The position numbers and the translations under genes were made by a program. Positions 12,401 through 23,262 of a DNA stretch of 64,000 bases are shown here, piece by piece (the stretch's first letter is position 1; the number at the start of each line of letters is the position of its first letter). The stretch covers positions 64,001 through 128,000 of the IMG/VR virus record IMGVR_UViG_2827179085_000005. One strand, 5' to 3'. This DNA is from a virus. Lineage: Duplodnaviria > Heunggongvirae > Uroviricota > Caudoviricetes. The notes beneath the pieces are model-generated. The model saw only the letters and a program-made list of their open reading frames with translations. It made no database searches and was not told the origin of the DNA.

Positions 12401-14607
12401 GGTTCTCTCTTTGTTCTTGTGAGAGCCGAGAAAGAGTCTGTCTCTTTTGTTCTAAAGCTTTTTCTTGTTGTTTTGTTTTTTATCGTTATCTTCCAATTTT
12501 TTATTTCTTTTTGAAGACGAAGCAAGTCTTGTGCAATTCTTTTTTGTCTCTCATCAACAGCGTTCTTTTTGTTGGAGTCTTGAACAATAGAATTAATGAT
12601 GTCGTTATATTTGTCTACTGACTTTACAGCACTCGCTTGATGGTCAGCAATAACTTCACGAATCTTTTCTTCATCTCGTCCAGCCTTCTTAATATCTCCT
12701 TCAAGTTTAACGAGCTTTTTCATTTCGTCTTCGATAAAAGCAATGTCCCTTTTGGATGATGTAAAATCAAGTAGATTGTTCAAGCCTTTAACTTCATCGA
12801 GGAAGCTGTCTGGAACAGCACCTCTCATACTTTCAATCTTCGCATCATTACGACCCTTCGCAATGTCTCGCGTTTCTTTTCTTTCTGATCGTTTTTCTGA
12901 CACAGTATTCATACGAGCGATCTGCGTTTGGATGCGCTTCAAATCCTGCTCATATGTTTTAGAATCAGCGCTAAGACCGCGCATAGATTTGCGAATATTT
13001 TCAAACTCACTCTCATTCACAAAGCCACCAGATTTGATTCGATCAATCTCCTTATTCCATTCGTGGGTGCTTACGCGAATTTTACGTTGCTTTTCATCCA
13101 GTTCTTCATAACGAGACGAAATTTTGGACATTAGATCATCGATTTTGTTTAACTCTTTATCAACATTAAGGTCGTCAATATGAATGTTAGAAGCCATCTT
13201 TTTAATTTCATAAAGTCTACGTTCAACCTCAACAAACTCTTTGTTGTCGATAAATCCAGAACCAACCATCTTTGCCTTTCTGTCATAGATATCGTTTTCC
13301 TTAGAAGAGATTTTATCTTTCCGCTTGTTAATAGTGAATTTCTCCACTTTGTCTTCATGCTTACGGTTAGCCTGTTCTGTTTCCATGTCTTTCAGCTTTT
13401 CTTGTATTCTCTTTTTATCCTCAATAGCCTGTGCGTCCATTTTACGCTGTTCAAGAATCTTCTTTTGCTTATCAAGCATTTCATCGTATAGATTGTTTAC
13501 GCGCTTTACAGCGCTCTCAAATTGCTTAATAGACTTAGCATTAAACACTTGGTGTATTTGCGAAGCAAGAGTTTTCATGGATTGTTTGCCAACCAACTCT
13601 GGATCGATATTAGCCTTTACGCGTTTTTGATGTTTTTCTCCAACTGTAGCCTTTTTGTTCTTAAACTTCTCTTTTTCTTCCTGACCATTGATAATTTTCA
13701 TTTGGCGTTCGATAGCAGAAAACTTACGTTTCGCATCGTCGAGATTGGAGAAGTCAGCATTAGAGAAAGTGTCCATAAGGCTTTTGAGATTAGTAACAGA
13801 CTTATTGTCTGCAATACCCTCACGCTGGATTTTTGCAAGTTTATTATTCAAGTCAATAACTTTTGTAAGCTGGAATTGTTCAGCCGCACCCTTTTGCTTA
13901 ATCTTCTTTTCTAATTCGTCGTATTTAAGAATTTGCTTCTGAATATCTGCAAGAGCCTTATCAAAAGCCTTTCCTTCTCCACTTGCGAGAAGTTTCGGTA
14001 GGTTGTCGATACTATTCTTGATTTTATCAACGCTATTCTTGTGCGTACTATCTTTAGATACATTCTCTAATGAGTCTATTTTTGCTTTTGCTTTCTCCAT
14101 ATAGTTATTAAGAGAAGCGAAATCTCTTACACTATCAACAGTAGTACCTTTCTTCGAGTCCTCAGAAATGGTTTTATTGTTAAATTTGTTTCCTACTTTT
14201 GTGGTTTTAACAGTATCCTTGTTAGGTTTTAGCTTATTGGAAGCCTTCATAAGCTGGTCATATGATTGTGTTAGATCATCCGTGGCTTTCTTTGCGGCTT
14301 TCATGTCTTTTGCAAGCTTTTCGCCAACATCATCAAGATTAGTGTTTGAAATTTCGTTCAAGTATTTCATGATATTTTCAAGGTCTTTTGAATCATCCTT
14401 CAATCCGAAATGTACATCCAATTTACCGAGTTTCAAAAACAAATCTTGGATAGTCCTTATTTGTTTAAAGAGCTTATCTTTATTCCCAATGATAAGATTC
14501 AACTTCAACTTGTGTGTGTCACCGATACTTTTGATAGACTGCTGTATTTCATTCTCAGCATTTGACATATCCACGCCAATTAAGATATCAAAATCTGGAT
14601 TACTCAT
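6478..14607 (-). CDS. Tape measure protein, about 2711 aa once six single-base homopolymer deletions are repaired (five fragments in the ORF track)
   Basis: Coiled-coil protein with a TP901-type TMP core (LAKVSEASKQQL...EVIKATTEFQRLGYSLEQA...IGEALKRS...GNGLKTIAMRL) and a typical C-terminus (RSGGYTG...LHKKELVLN). The fragments fuse in frame by adding one base at 12497-502, 12476-81, 10434-38, 9958-63, 8859-65 and 8634-39. Confidence 0.85.
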
Positions 14608-14645
14608 TAATAAACACTCCTTTTTATGCTAAGATAAAAAACAAA

Positions 14646-14669
14646 AAGGAGCGTTTATTAACGCTCCTT
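14646..14669 (-). terminator. Intrinsic terminator hairpin
   Basis: AAGGAGCGTT/AACGCTCCTT stem with a T-tract on the minus strand, upstream of the TMP start. Confidence 0.6.
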
Positions 14670-14674
14670 CTGTT

Positions 14675-15100
14675 CTATTCGTATTTAATTTCGTCAGCAA
14701 TGTCGCACCATCTATCGTACTCTAGTGCTTCTCTACCTTTAAAAGTCTTATCACAGTTCAAAATTACATCTTTTATAAACAGCAACATTTCCTTACGTTC
14801 TTCGTTCTCTTCAATGACAAAATCCTCATTCAGAAGAAGGAAATACTCCTTATTGAAGGCGGTTCGATCTGGAACATCATAAGCCTTCTGTCCATCAATC
14901 TCTACGATGATAGGTTCACCATTCTCATCGAATCTAGCGTACTGACGAATCAATTCCTTGTGTTCTTCATTTACAAGTTCAACTCGCTCTGCGAGTAACT
15001 TAACGAATCGTGTACGCATACGCGATTCTCGCCCCTTCAACTCAAACGTCATTAGGAAATTAGCAAAATGTTGTACCTCTTCGTTTTTCATTCTCATCAT
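14675..15100 (-). CDS. Conserved phage hypothetical protein (tail region)
   Basis: 141-aa ORF with RBS AAAGGAG, co-directional with the tail genes. Confidence 0.6.
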   Translation of the reverse strand: MMRMKNEEVQHFANFLMTFELKGRESRMRTRFVKLLAERVELVNEEHKELIRQYARFDENGEPIIVEIDGQKAYDVPDRTAFNKEYFLLLNEDFVIEENEERKEMLLFIKDVILNCDKTFKGREALEYDRWCDIADEIKYE

Positions 15101-15119
15101 GTAAACACTCCTTTATCTC

Positions 15120-16124
15120 TTATAACTCGAATTTTTTCTTGGCATCTTGAAGTTTCTTCATATCACGCTTAATGTAGTGCTTCAACGTTGTATCAGGACT
15201 TCTGTGGTTTAGAAGTTCTTGAACATCCTCCAAAGACATCCCCTTGTTAAACAGAAGCGAACTACCGCTGTGTCGGAAATCATGAGGATGAAGCTCTGGA
15301 ATATCGATAATCTTACCGATCTTCTTTGTCCATACAGTCTGCAAGGTATTCTTACTGACCTGTTTCCATTCACCAGTGTACTTGGTGACGAATAGGTACT
15401 CGCATTCAATGCCATTCTCTTTTCTATATTCAAGCCATTTCTTAATCAATTCCATTGTCACATCTGAGCAATAACCATCAACGATATAGCCCTCTTTCTC
15501 TTTGATTCCAGTAATCATGCCTGTTTCGAGGTCAATCTGGTCAACCTTTATATTTGCTACTGCATTTACCCTCAACATAGTTGAAAGCGATAACTCGAAG
15601 TAAAGTTCAAGCTGTAGGTCATCAGCATTCTTGAAATACTTTCTAATCTCATCTAACTGTGCTTGTGTCAAGTATGTCTGCGTAATCTGTGGTTTTTCTC
15701 CTGCACGTACAGAAGGTCTTTCAATGTAGTCCAGAGGGTTTGATTTGATTCTTCGCTTTTTGAGAAGATACAGGAAAAAAGAAGATATGGAACTAAGCCT
15801 TCGTTGAATCCTGCGCTCATTATTGCCTAAGACTGTGACACAGAAGGCAACATAGTCCTCAATCAAATCAACCATATCCTCAATTCCATCTTCATCTTTA
15901 AGCATTTTAAGAATATCTTCCGTAACAAGGCTTCCCTTGCTATACTTATCGTTAATGAAGACTAGCCACTGATTGAAGTCGGATTCATAACTAGCCTTAG
16001 ATGAATCACTAAGGTTCATATTCTTGTAGTTGAAGTACTTCTGAATATGCATCTTATTTTCGTCCGATACTTTTTCTAGCTTTTCTTTCGTTACGTATCG
16101 AACGTACTTTCTCTTTGCACTCAT
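15120..16124 (-). CDS. Tyrosine recombinase (XerC/D-like) embedded in the tail module
   Basis: Complete catalytic set: STMLRVNAV (R), HPHDFRH (HxxR), LLNHRS (H), KHYI (Y). SPbeta also has a recombinase (YomM) among its tail genes. Confidence 0.85.
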   Translation of the reverse strand: MSAKRKYVRYVTKEKLEKVSDENKMHIQKYFNYKNMNLSDSSKASYESDFNQWLVFINDKYSKGSLVTEDILKMLKDEDGIEDMVDLIEDYVAFCVTVLGNNERRIQRRLSSISSFFLYLLKKRRIKSNPLDYIERPSVRAGEKPQITQTYLTQAQLDEIRKYFKNADDLQLELYFELSLSTMLRVNAVANIKVDQIDLETGMITGIKEKEGYIVDGYCSDVTMELIKKWLEYRKENGIECEYLFVTKYTGEWKQVSKNTLQTVWTKKIGKIIDIPELHPHDFRHSGSSLLFNKGMSLEDVQELLNHRSPDTTLKHYIKRDMKKLQDAKKKFEL

Positions 16125-16141
16125 ATAATCACTTCCAATCG

Positions 16142-16626
16142 CTAAGTCTTTCTCATGTAGTTATCAAGCTTTTGAGCAATTTTACTCTTGTCAAGATTAT
16201 TCTTCGTCTCGCCAATGAAGTCTCTATCTTCTCCGTAAGAATATATTTCTGCTCCTTGCCAATAGTTGTATCTAGCAGGAACATTTGATTTATCTATATT
16301 TTTTTGCCCATTATGACAAGTGGAGCAAGATATATTCTTGGAGATATTGCACTTTCAAAATTTGTTCGTGCTATGTTCTCAACCTTAAATGTGAATCCAT
16401 TACTTTTGCTTTTGAGAACTTTGCCACGAATATTATCCCTATCTAAAAGACCGCCATTTTCTTCTCTTCGCTTATATTTGGTTGGATTCCAAACGTCATA
16501 AACTTCTTCTTTTGTCGCCTTCCACATTAAATCTTCGATATAATTCGGTAGGACTTCTTCCTTCATTCCCTTTTTCGTTTTGGCTAGAATAGCCTTTCTT
16601 AACGAATCAAAATTCTTATGTGACAT
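16142..16626 (-). CDS. Putative tail completion (HK97 gp10-like) protein, about 161 aa after frameshift repair
   Basis: VYDVWNPTKYKRREENGGLLD motif; the frame continues (KNIDKSNVPARYNYW…RDFIGETKNNL) if the T7 run at 16299-16305 is T8. Confidence 0.55.
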
Positions 16627-16632
16627 TATTCA

Positions 16633-17133
16633 TCACTCCAAAAGGCTTTTATCTACAAGTTGTTCGCGAATGATTTTCTTGAACTCTTCCACTTGATCTA
16701 CGTTATTATTGAAGTTATCAACGACGAACGATACTTCTTCTTGAATCAATGTGATTTGTTCTTCGTCCATATTCATAAAAATCTGGAACATAGTCCCTGT
16801 GTTTGTCATGTGTTCGATTGCTTTCAATTGCTGTGGGAAGCTGTTTGGTAATGTGAGCGTAGTAAAGTGTTTGATGATAAGGAAGATCATATAAGGAACG
16901 ATAATAGAATTTACCTCTCCTTTATTGTGTGCCCGAACATGGTCAAGCTTCTCGACCAATTCCTGTACACACATCTTTATTTGAACTGGACTGAAATGCT
17001 TGTAAATCTCAACTATAAAACTCTCGATCTTGCCATCCACTTCCATTTTGACAACTACCTCGCGCAAGTTTTCGTATTTTTCACTTGCTCTTTCGATTGT
17101 CTGAAAATCAAGTGTCTGCAATTGCTCTGTCAT
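16633..17133 (-). CDS. Putative tail assembly chaperone
   Basis: 166-aa ORF immediately downstream of the major tail gene; positional inference. Confidence 0.5.
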   Translation of the reverse strand: MTEQLQTLDFQTIERASEKYENLREVVVKMEVDGKIESFIVEIYKHFSPVQIKMCVQELVEKLDHVRAHNKGEVNSIIVPYMIFLIIKHFTTLTLPNSFPQQLKAIEHMTNTGTMFQIFMNMDEEQITLIQEEVSFVVDNFNNNVDQVEEFKKIIREQLVDKSLLE

Positions 17134-17194
17134 TGATTTTTCCTCCTTTAATCTAAAAAGATGAAATTTTTGTTTTATTTAGAAGACAAAAAAA

Positions 17195-17231
17195 TAATGG
17201 TGAAAGGGACTATAAACCCCTCTCACCATTA
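17195..17231 (-). terminator. Terminator after the major tail protein gene
   Basis: TAATGGTGA.AGGG/CCC.TCTCACCATTA stem plus T-tract on the minus strand. Confidence 0.6.
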
Positions 17232-17270
17232 AAGTGTTTTGTCGATACTTTCTTTAGCATTTTAGTGCTA

Positions 17271-18032
17271 TTAGTAACGGACGATTTTGACCATATCAGT
17301 ACTGGATGGATCTTTAAAAACATCCAGATTTAGGTCAAATACTGATGGGTCACCATCAGGTTGCATTGTCAAGGTAAATGCACTGGAAATTTTAGCTTTA
17401 GGAATGACGATTTGAACTTTCTCATCCTTACCTGTAGCTTCCGAACGCCAGAACGTTTTACCTACTACTTTGTAGAATCCACCGAACTTATCGGATTTGA
17501 GAGTGATAACTTCCGAATCAGATGTAGACTGATAAGTGAAGTAAACAATTACTTGTGTGCCTACAGCAAGAGACGCGGAAGGGACAGTAACATCACTACC
17601 CGTTACAGTAATAGTTTGCTTGTCTACTTCTTTATCCTGACCATAACCATCAGTTGTCTCGTAGATTTCTACAGAACCAGCATCAGGTGTATGTTCCAGA
17701 GTGAACTTAGAGTTACCAGAACCATCGTCAGTTGTCATAAGGACAACGCGCTCGTAAATCGTCTCTACCTTCTTCTCCAATTCTGTACCAGCTTGCATTG
17801 CGATTGATTTCGGGTTAAGCAATGCATCCTGAATATTAAATGTAGCTGTACGACCGAAGTCCCATGATACTAGACGAGGTGCGCCCTTACCACCATTCGC
17901 GTATACTGTTTCAGCCGCATTTTCTAGATTGGACAACTTCAATGTATCCAAGAATAGGTCAACTTTGTTGGTCAACAGATTTATCAACATTACATCTGCT
18001 ACTTCTTTAACACCAAAACGTGCCATGTGCAA
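17271..18032 (-). CDS. Major tail protein
   Basis: RFGVKEVADV...FLDTLKLSNLE...YANGGKGAPRLVSWDFGRTATFNIQDAL...FTLTMQPDGDPSVFDLNLDV, typical of SPbeta-like/Clostridium phage tail tube proteins. Confidence 0.8.
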   Translation of the reverse strand: MHMARFGVKEVADVMLINLLTNKVDLFLDTLKLSNLENAAETVYANGGKGAPRLVSWDFGRTATFNIQDALLNPKSIAMQAGTELEKKVETIYERVVLMTTDDGSGNSKFTLEHTPDAGSVEIYETTDGYGQDKEVDKQTITVTGSDVTVPSASLAVGTQVIVYFTYQSTSDSEVITLKSDKFGGFYKVVGKTFWRSEATGKDEKVQIVIPKAKISSAFTLTMQPDGDPSVFDLNLDVFKDPSSTDMVKIVRY

Positions 18033-18119
18033 TCCTCTCCTTTTGAGAAATAATATTTAGTGCGCTCAATATTAATAGTGGTTAGCGCATTGAAACTTTG
18101 TCATTTTTGGATACAGAAA

Positions 18120-18866
18120 CTAATCCTTGCTAGACCAGTGCTTAATTTTTATATCCTTTGCTCCTGCCAAAATTGATTTGATGCTGATATCATATTGGTC
18201 AATAATCTCCATGCGTTTGAATTTCCGATATACTTGGTACACCGTCAAGTCAAGAACATTTAATTCATTGATTCCATACGATTTTGATGATATAGCTGAT
18301 AGAATATCGTAGAAATCAATATCGTCCTCATCCTTGTCTGAATCAGATTGATTCTGCTTTCTCTTTAATTCATCTCTTCGCTTCGCGACAGCATCCATTT
18401 GCTCTTTTAGCTTCCGAGTTTCCTCGTCAGCAGGATCAAAGTTACTGTCAAGCTTCTTCTCATCAAAGTTATTGATATAGTTCTGCCACTTAATAACCTC
18501 TTGGATTTCGCGATAGTTCTCTTTGTTTACAATGTAGATTTCTTCATTGCTTACCTTCACAAAGACGCGCATATCCTCCTTGTCAACAACTATCTCTCCT
18601 TTTAAAAATAGAGATAAAGCCTGTTCGAAAACATGCTCAATCTCTTCTCCACCATATACGAGAAGTAGGTCAAGGATGCTGATGTCATCAGGCTCCTCAT
18701 CCAAGAAGTCTTTTGTAGTCAAAGTCATGATATTTAAACACTTCATATATTCAGAATAGCCAACATCAACTATCTCTCGTATTGTAAGTGGTTCTATATC
18801 ACCATAGCCTTCCGCTGTCATTGCTCTACCAGAGAATAGTTTGAGTTTCAAATCAATTTCCTGCAT
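18120..18866 (-). CDS. Conserved SPbeta-like virion morphogenesis protein
   Basis: 248-aa ORF with RBS; C-terminal LAGAKDIKIKHW motif; located between head-tail and tail genes. Confidence 0.6.
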   Translation of the reverse strand: MQEIDLKLKLFSGRAMTAEGYGDIEPLTIREIVDVGYSEYMKCLNIMTLTTKDFLDEEPDDISILDLLLVYGGEEIEHVFEQALSLFLKGEIVVDKEDMRVFVKVSNEEIYIVNKENYREIQEVIKWQNYINNFDEKKLDSNFDPADEETRKLKEQMDAVAKRRDELKRKQNQSDSDKDEDDIDFYDILSAISSKSYGINELNVLDLTVYQVYRKFKRMEIIDQYDISIKSILAGAKDIKIKHWSSKD

Positions 18867-18879
18867 TGATAATCACTCC

Positions 18880-19380
18880 TTAAAACTCTGTTGTAGTGGC
18901 AACAAGACGAAATCCTTCAAACTGCTCATTGACGACTGTATGCTCTCCACTAACAAAATGAATTTCTCCTAAACCATCAACTTGCTTATCTTTGAATGCA
19001 TTAAGAATTAATTTCATAATTTGATATGGACGAATTACTTTTTCTCCATTATCTGTGAGCAACCAAATGTCCTTATGAACCACAATGTCAAAAAGAATAG
19101 CCGCCTTTCCTGCATTGCCATTATTCTCGAATCTCAGTTGCGGATAATAAATGTGCAACTGAGTACGAACATCATCTTTAAATGTAGTGTCAAATGGATA
19201 CGGAAAGATTCTCTCAGTTGAACCCTTGGGGGCAACTAATGCAGGATTAATTTTTTGAGTAGAAGGATCATCTCCATTCCAACCCAAATAATTAACTAGT
19301 GTCTGGTTTTTAAGAACTTCTCCGATAATTGCGATGATGTTCGACGATAATCTATCAAAGTTCATTACCATCCACCCCAT
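18880..19380 (-). CDS. Putative tail terminator protein
   Basis: 166-aa ORF; position and motif RIFPYPF...FDIVVHKDIW...RPYQIM. Confidence 0.55.
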   Translation of the reverse strand: MGWMVMNFDRLSSNIIAIIGEVLKNQTLVNYLGWNGDDPSTQKINPALVAPKGSTERIFPYPFDTTFKDDVRTQLHIYYPQLRFENNGNAGKAAILFDIVVHKDIWLLTDNGEKVIRPYQIMKLILNAFKDKQVDGLGEIHFVSGEHTVVNEQFEGFRLVATTTEF

Positions 19381-20021
19381 CCTGAATTGCCGCTAGAGTC
19401 AGCAATTTGATTATCTTTATCATCAGTACTAGTCGTGTTCGTAAACGTCATTCCAAGTTTTAGAACACCTTTGCCATTGTAAACGTTTGAAACATTGTCG
19501 ATTGAAGCAACTTCATATACACTCTCGTCGAATATGAACCTCGTCTGTGGTTTGATTGTCTTTGTATCATCGTTATACTGAACGTAAACAATCAACTCAC
19601 CATTTGATGTGTATACAGTTTTCATCTTATCTTCTTCGTATGTTGCCCCTTTGACGAAGCACTTGTATTCTTTTATGTCTCCATTGGATAACTTCCACTT
19701 TAAAATTCTATTACATAAAGAAATACTTGCCTTTGGATAGATTTCGTTATCAACGAAATCCAGAACGATAAATGTATCTTCTTTGAAATCGACATATGAA
19801 CCTTCGCTTACGATGGTACTTGGTCTTAAAAGCAAATCCATCTGCTTTGATTTTTTTCGACTAATAATACAATCAGAATCGATACCATCAATCTTTGCTT
19901 GTCTGTAAGAGGGAGACTTGCTAAACATCTCATTTACATGAGTGATGGTGTCGTTGATATACGCCTGTGTGATATTAGAGTTATTTGTACCAATCATCTT
20001 TTGATATAGAGTCAAGTCCAT
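19365..20021 (-). CDS. Putative head closure / head-tail joining protein
   Basis: 218-aa ORF in the head-tail connector block. Confidence 0.55.
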   Translation of the reverse strand: MDLTLYQKMIGTNNSNITQAYINDTITHVNEMFSKSPSYRQAKIDGIDSDCIISRKKSKQMDLLLRPSTIVSEGSYVDFKEDTFIVLDFVDNEIYPKASISLCNRILKWKLSNGDIKEYKCFVKGATYEEDKMKTVYTSNGELIVYVQYNDDTKTIKPQTRFIFDESVYEVASIDNVSNVYNGKGVLKLGMTFTNTTSTDDKDNQIADSSGNSGWGGW

Positions 20022-20318
20022 TTACTTCACTCGCTCTCTTGCTTTGTCTATAAGCTCTATTGCCTTAAATACATCACTCTTTAACAACCTATGGTCATTG
20101 TAATCAAGACCATTTAGTGTTCCGCACACCGAAAGCAACTCTTCTCCAAGGAATACTTTCGAATTTCCAACAATTTCTCTCAAAAGAGAGTCCACATACG
20201 CTTCTAGTGTGCTTACCTGTTCCTCATTCATTGGAATAATCTTAAAGACTCTTCCAATTAACTTCGACATGTAAGCATCTAGCTGATTTCCGCTGATTGT
20301 TCCGTATTGTGTCTTCAC
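20022..20318 (-). CDS. Hypothetical virion-module protein
   Basis: 98-aa ORF translationally coupled to its neighbours. Confidence 0.55.
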   Translation of the reverse strand: MKTQYGTISGNQLDAYMSKLIGRVFKIIPMNEEQVSTLEAYVDSLLREIVGNSKVFLGEELLSVCGTLNGLDYNDHRLLKSDVFKAIELIDKARERVK

Positions 20319-20740
20319 TCTAAAGCGTCTAAGCCATTCCGATAAGAATAGCTAACCATTAGATTAGAAGCTTCAAGGTTCAATTCTTTTTTCAGGTTAA
20401 TCAGTTGTCCTAAAAACGAACGTGTGGAATAGATTTTGTATTCTTTGTCGGAGAGTATTTGTTCCATATTTCTAATGTGCGTTATTTTGCTAGTAGTGTA
20501 GCTAATGGTCATTAAAGTAGCGAGTATTTCTTTCTCGAAATCATCGAGAGTTGACACAAACTGTTGCTCTCTTGTATCAACTGTCAGGTCTTTAACTGAA
20601 CTTGTGAATCTGACAATTGCACTTCTTAGATGCTTGTACAATACAGACTCCAAATCACCAGTCTCATTAAGACTGATAAATGTATAGTCAGTAACTTTCG
20701 TTAAGAAGAAGTCATAGACTTCTATTAAGGGAGTAGCCAT
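20315..20740 (-). CDS. Putative head-tail adaptor protein
   Basis: MATPLIEVYDFFLTKVTDY...LDDFEKEILATLM; located downstream of the capsid gene. Confidence 0.6.
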   Translation of the reverse strand: MATPLIEVYDFFLTKVTDYTFISLNETGDLESVLYKHLRSAIVRFTSSVKDLTVDTREQQFVSTLDDFEKEILATLMTISYTTSKITHIRNMEQILSDKEYKIYSTRSFLGQLINLKKELNLEASNLMVSYSYRNGLDALE

Positions 20741-20745
20741 TTGAA

Positions 20746-21515
20746 TTACCCCCTTTGACCGATATCTGTCTGGAATCGACTATTGATGTAGTTAATCTTC
20801 TTAACCGAATCCAATTCTCCACTGTCGTAAAGTTTCTTTGCTCTGGAAACAATGAGATGTTTAATTCCTTTTGGTGACTTCTCAACGATTTCTTCAAACT
20901 CACTTTGGTTCATTCGGAAAATAACGTCAATCTGCTCTGGATTACTGATATTTTGATACATCTTAGTGAGTCCAAGATGTTCAACTGCTCTATCATCCAT
21001 AACCAGAAGGAAAGGCTCATCAAAGAATCGACGTTGAGAACTACGCATTGTAAGAAGTTCTTGAAACTCCATGTACTCGATATCACCATAATCAGTAAAA
21101 ATCCACTCTGCACCAGTTTTGCGAGATGCATAAACTAATGTGCCATTAGTGACATTCATAACTGGAATTTGCTCAAATCGGTCAATCTCTTCGCGATTAA
21201 TTACGCGTTTTTGAACTGTACTTTCTTCTGACTTTGCGACATGTTTTTCTTTCTGCTCTGCTTCAACTTCTTTACGCGCTTGCTCCAATAGAGTTGGCAT
21301 CAACTCTCGCTTCATCTGCTCCATAAGGGCTTGCATGTCCACCTGTGTGGCTGTCTGTGGCGTTGTTGGTGCTTCTGGTGTGGAATTGACCAGATCATCC
21401 TCCAACTCCGCTAATAGGGCTTCAAGCTTGGCTAGAGACAACTTCATGAGGTTCGATTTCGAATCAACTGCCTTGATGCTCAAAATCTCTTCGATCAACT
21501 GTGCCTTTGTTTTCA
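20746..21515 (-). CDS. Conserved SPbeta-like head-region protein
   Basis: Likely start MKTKAQ (ATG near 21515, RBS AAGGAG); C-terminal IPVMNVTNGTLVY...WIFTDYGDIEYM. Confidence 0.6.
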
Positions 21516-21555
21516 TTGACAAACATCTCCTTTGACTCACATTTAATAAATAAAA

Positions 21556-21577
21556 AGGGGAAACCGAAGTTTCCCCT
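21556..21577 (-). terminator. Terminator after the major capsid gene
   Basis: AGGGGAAAC/GTTTCCCCT perfect stem plus T-tract on the minus strand. Confidence 0.65.
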
Positions 21578-21634
21578 CCATAATGAAAAATCAACGCTCA
21601 ATCGCATGGGGTGCTTAGACCCAAACTCCTAAGA

Positions 21635-22612
21635 TTAGGAGATACGGTAGATACCGTACTTAGCCGCCGACAACACCGCGATACCAGCCTTCTTGATGAA
21701 GGTGTACTCACGTTGCATGTCTTTGCGGTTCGTGCCATCTCCCTCGATAATCATCGAGTCGCCTTCGATGACCAATTTCACGAATTTGTCAGGAGACTTA
21801 GGAACTACCATGATGAAACCATTGTCAATCGCAAACTCGTTGGAACCAACTTTATGCGCTTGCTTAATCATCATCATTTCGGTTCCATGGAAGTTACCAT
21901 AGAAACCGAAGTCATTCCGACGTTCTTTGTTCTTTTCAGACTCAGAACCAAACGTGATCTTAGCCAACGCCGACTTCGTACCAATAATCATAGCCTCCAT
22001 ACCAGTAGCGGCTTCAACGTGAGCAATCAATTCATCCAATTTAGATTCGCTGAACGTACCAGAGATAGCGTAAGTGGAACCCAATTGATTGTAGCTGTCA
22101 TACACAGCGTTGTAGATGAGATCCTGAATTTTGTTCTCGTAAGAACGAGCTACATTCTCAACCAATTTAGCGAAGTCTTGACGACCAGCCAGCAAGCGAG
22201 ACAACTCTTCATAGACAGCTACACCCATGATGTATGTCTTAACTGTCAGTTCACCAACATCCAAACGGTCACGACGAAGGTCGCCATTACCATCAGAAAT
22301 GATAGCTACGTCAAACAAACGATTTTCTTCGATGGTGAATACTTTAGCGTCACCATGTTCAATTACTACAGTCTCAACAAATGTATCGAATTGACCTTTC
22401 AGCCCTTCTTCTACTAGAATGTCGAGTGCTTCTTCCAAGATTGCGAACAACTGAGGGTTGTTACGGAACGATTTAGGTGTCAATTTTTCAGAACCACCGT
22501 TTGCTTCCACAAGTTCCTTCCGAAGAACTTCCATTGCGTCTGTGCGAGAGAACTTAGTTGCTTCGCCCTGATTCTTATATACGTCAATTGCCAATTTAGC
22601 GATTTCGCGCAT
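21635..22612 (-). CDS. Major capsid protein
   Basis: 325 aa with strongly biased codon usage, flanked by hairpins, downstream of portal/protease/decoration genes; SPbeta YonB-like position and sequence character. Confidence 0.85.
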   Translation of the reverse strand: MREIAKLAIDVYKNQGEATKFSRTDAMEVLRKELVEANGGSEKLTPKSFRNNPQLFAILEEALDILVEEGLKGQFDTFVETVVIEHGDAKVFTIEENRLFDVAIISDGNGDLRRDRLDVGELTVKTYIMGVAVYEELSRLLAGRQDFAKLVENVARSYENKIQDLIYNAVYDSYNQLGSTYAISGTFSESKLDELIAHVEAATGMEAMIIGTKSALAKITFGSESEKNKERRNDFGFYGNFHGTEMMMIKQAHKVGSNEFAIDNGFIMVVPKSPDKFVKLVIEGDSMIIEGDGTNRKDMQREYTFIKKAGIAVLSAAKYGIYRIS

Positions 22613-22735
22613 CTTTATTTCCTCCTTAAATAAATCAAATTATTTTTTGTGCGGCATTCAAGCCATGAGAAATAACCCTAAGTCGAACCAATGTGCGAGT
22701 TAGGGTTATTATTTTTTATGGTACTTTCTTTGGCA

Positions 22736-23224
22736 TTAAGCCTTTACTACACGAAGCTGGTATGCATCATCATTGTCAAAACCAAGTGTAGTCTTGCGAA
22801 CTACTTTAAATACCAGACTCGTCTCATCAGTACCTTGAAGACCGTCAGGAGATGCTTCAAGCTTCATAGAGTTAAGTTGAGGTACAGCGAATTGATTTTC
22901 GACAGGTGTACCATCAATCAGGTCTGCTGTCAGTGTGATAACATCACCTTTTACCAAGTGATAACCACGACCTTGGTCGCCTTTGTCAACTTGGAAGTGT
23001 TTCAGTCCAGCTTGACGAGGGTCAGGCATAACTTCTGGTGTAGCGTGAAGGATAAACTCCTTCTTCAAGTCTTCTGCTGTCTGTGCCAGCGCAACTTCGT
23101 ACAGTTCAGTCTCACCACTCACAAGAGCGCCGAGTTGAACAAAATAACCATTCTTCATTACTTCGGTGTGACGGATAGATTCAAGGTGTCCACCAGAGAT
23201 TTTATCCAAACGAATAACTGCCAT
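22736..23224 (-). CDS. Putative head decoration protein
   Basis: 162-aa ORF between protease/scaffold and capsid; KNGYFVQLGALVSGETELY motif. Confidence 0.6.
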   Translation of the reverse strand: MAVIRLDKISGGHLESIRHTEVMKNGYFVQLGALVSGETELYEVALAQTAEDLKKEFILHATPEVMPDPRQAGLKHFQVDKGDQGRGYHLVKGDVITLTADLIDGTPVENQFAVPQLNSMKLEASPDGLQGTDETSLVFKVVRKTTLGFDNDDAYQLRVVKA

Positions 23225-23262
23225 TGTTATTTCCTCCTTTAGAAAATAAAAATTAATTTGTA

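Noticed and set aside
6478-14607. Five separate coiled-coil genes, or a pseudogenised tape measure
   Set aside because: All junctions fuse in frame with +1 base in homopolymer runs, the same pattern seen across the window; a single gene with sequencing errors is more parsimonious.
6478-14607. Lytic transglycosylase / M23 peptidase domains as in SPbeta YomI
   Set aside because: No ES-x-F/GLMQ or HxxxD/HLH motifs were seen in the reconstructed protein.
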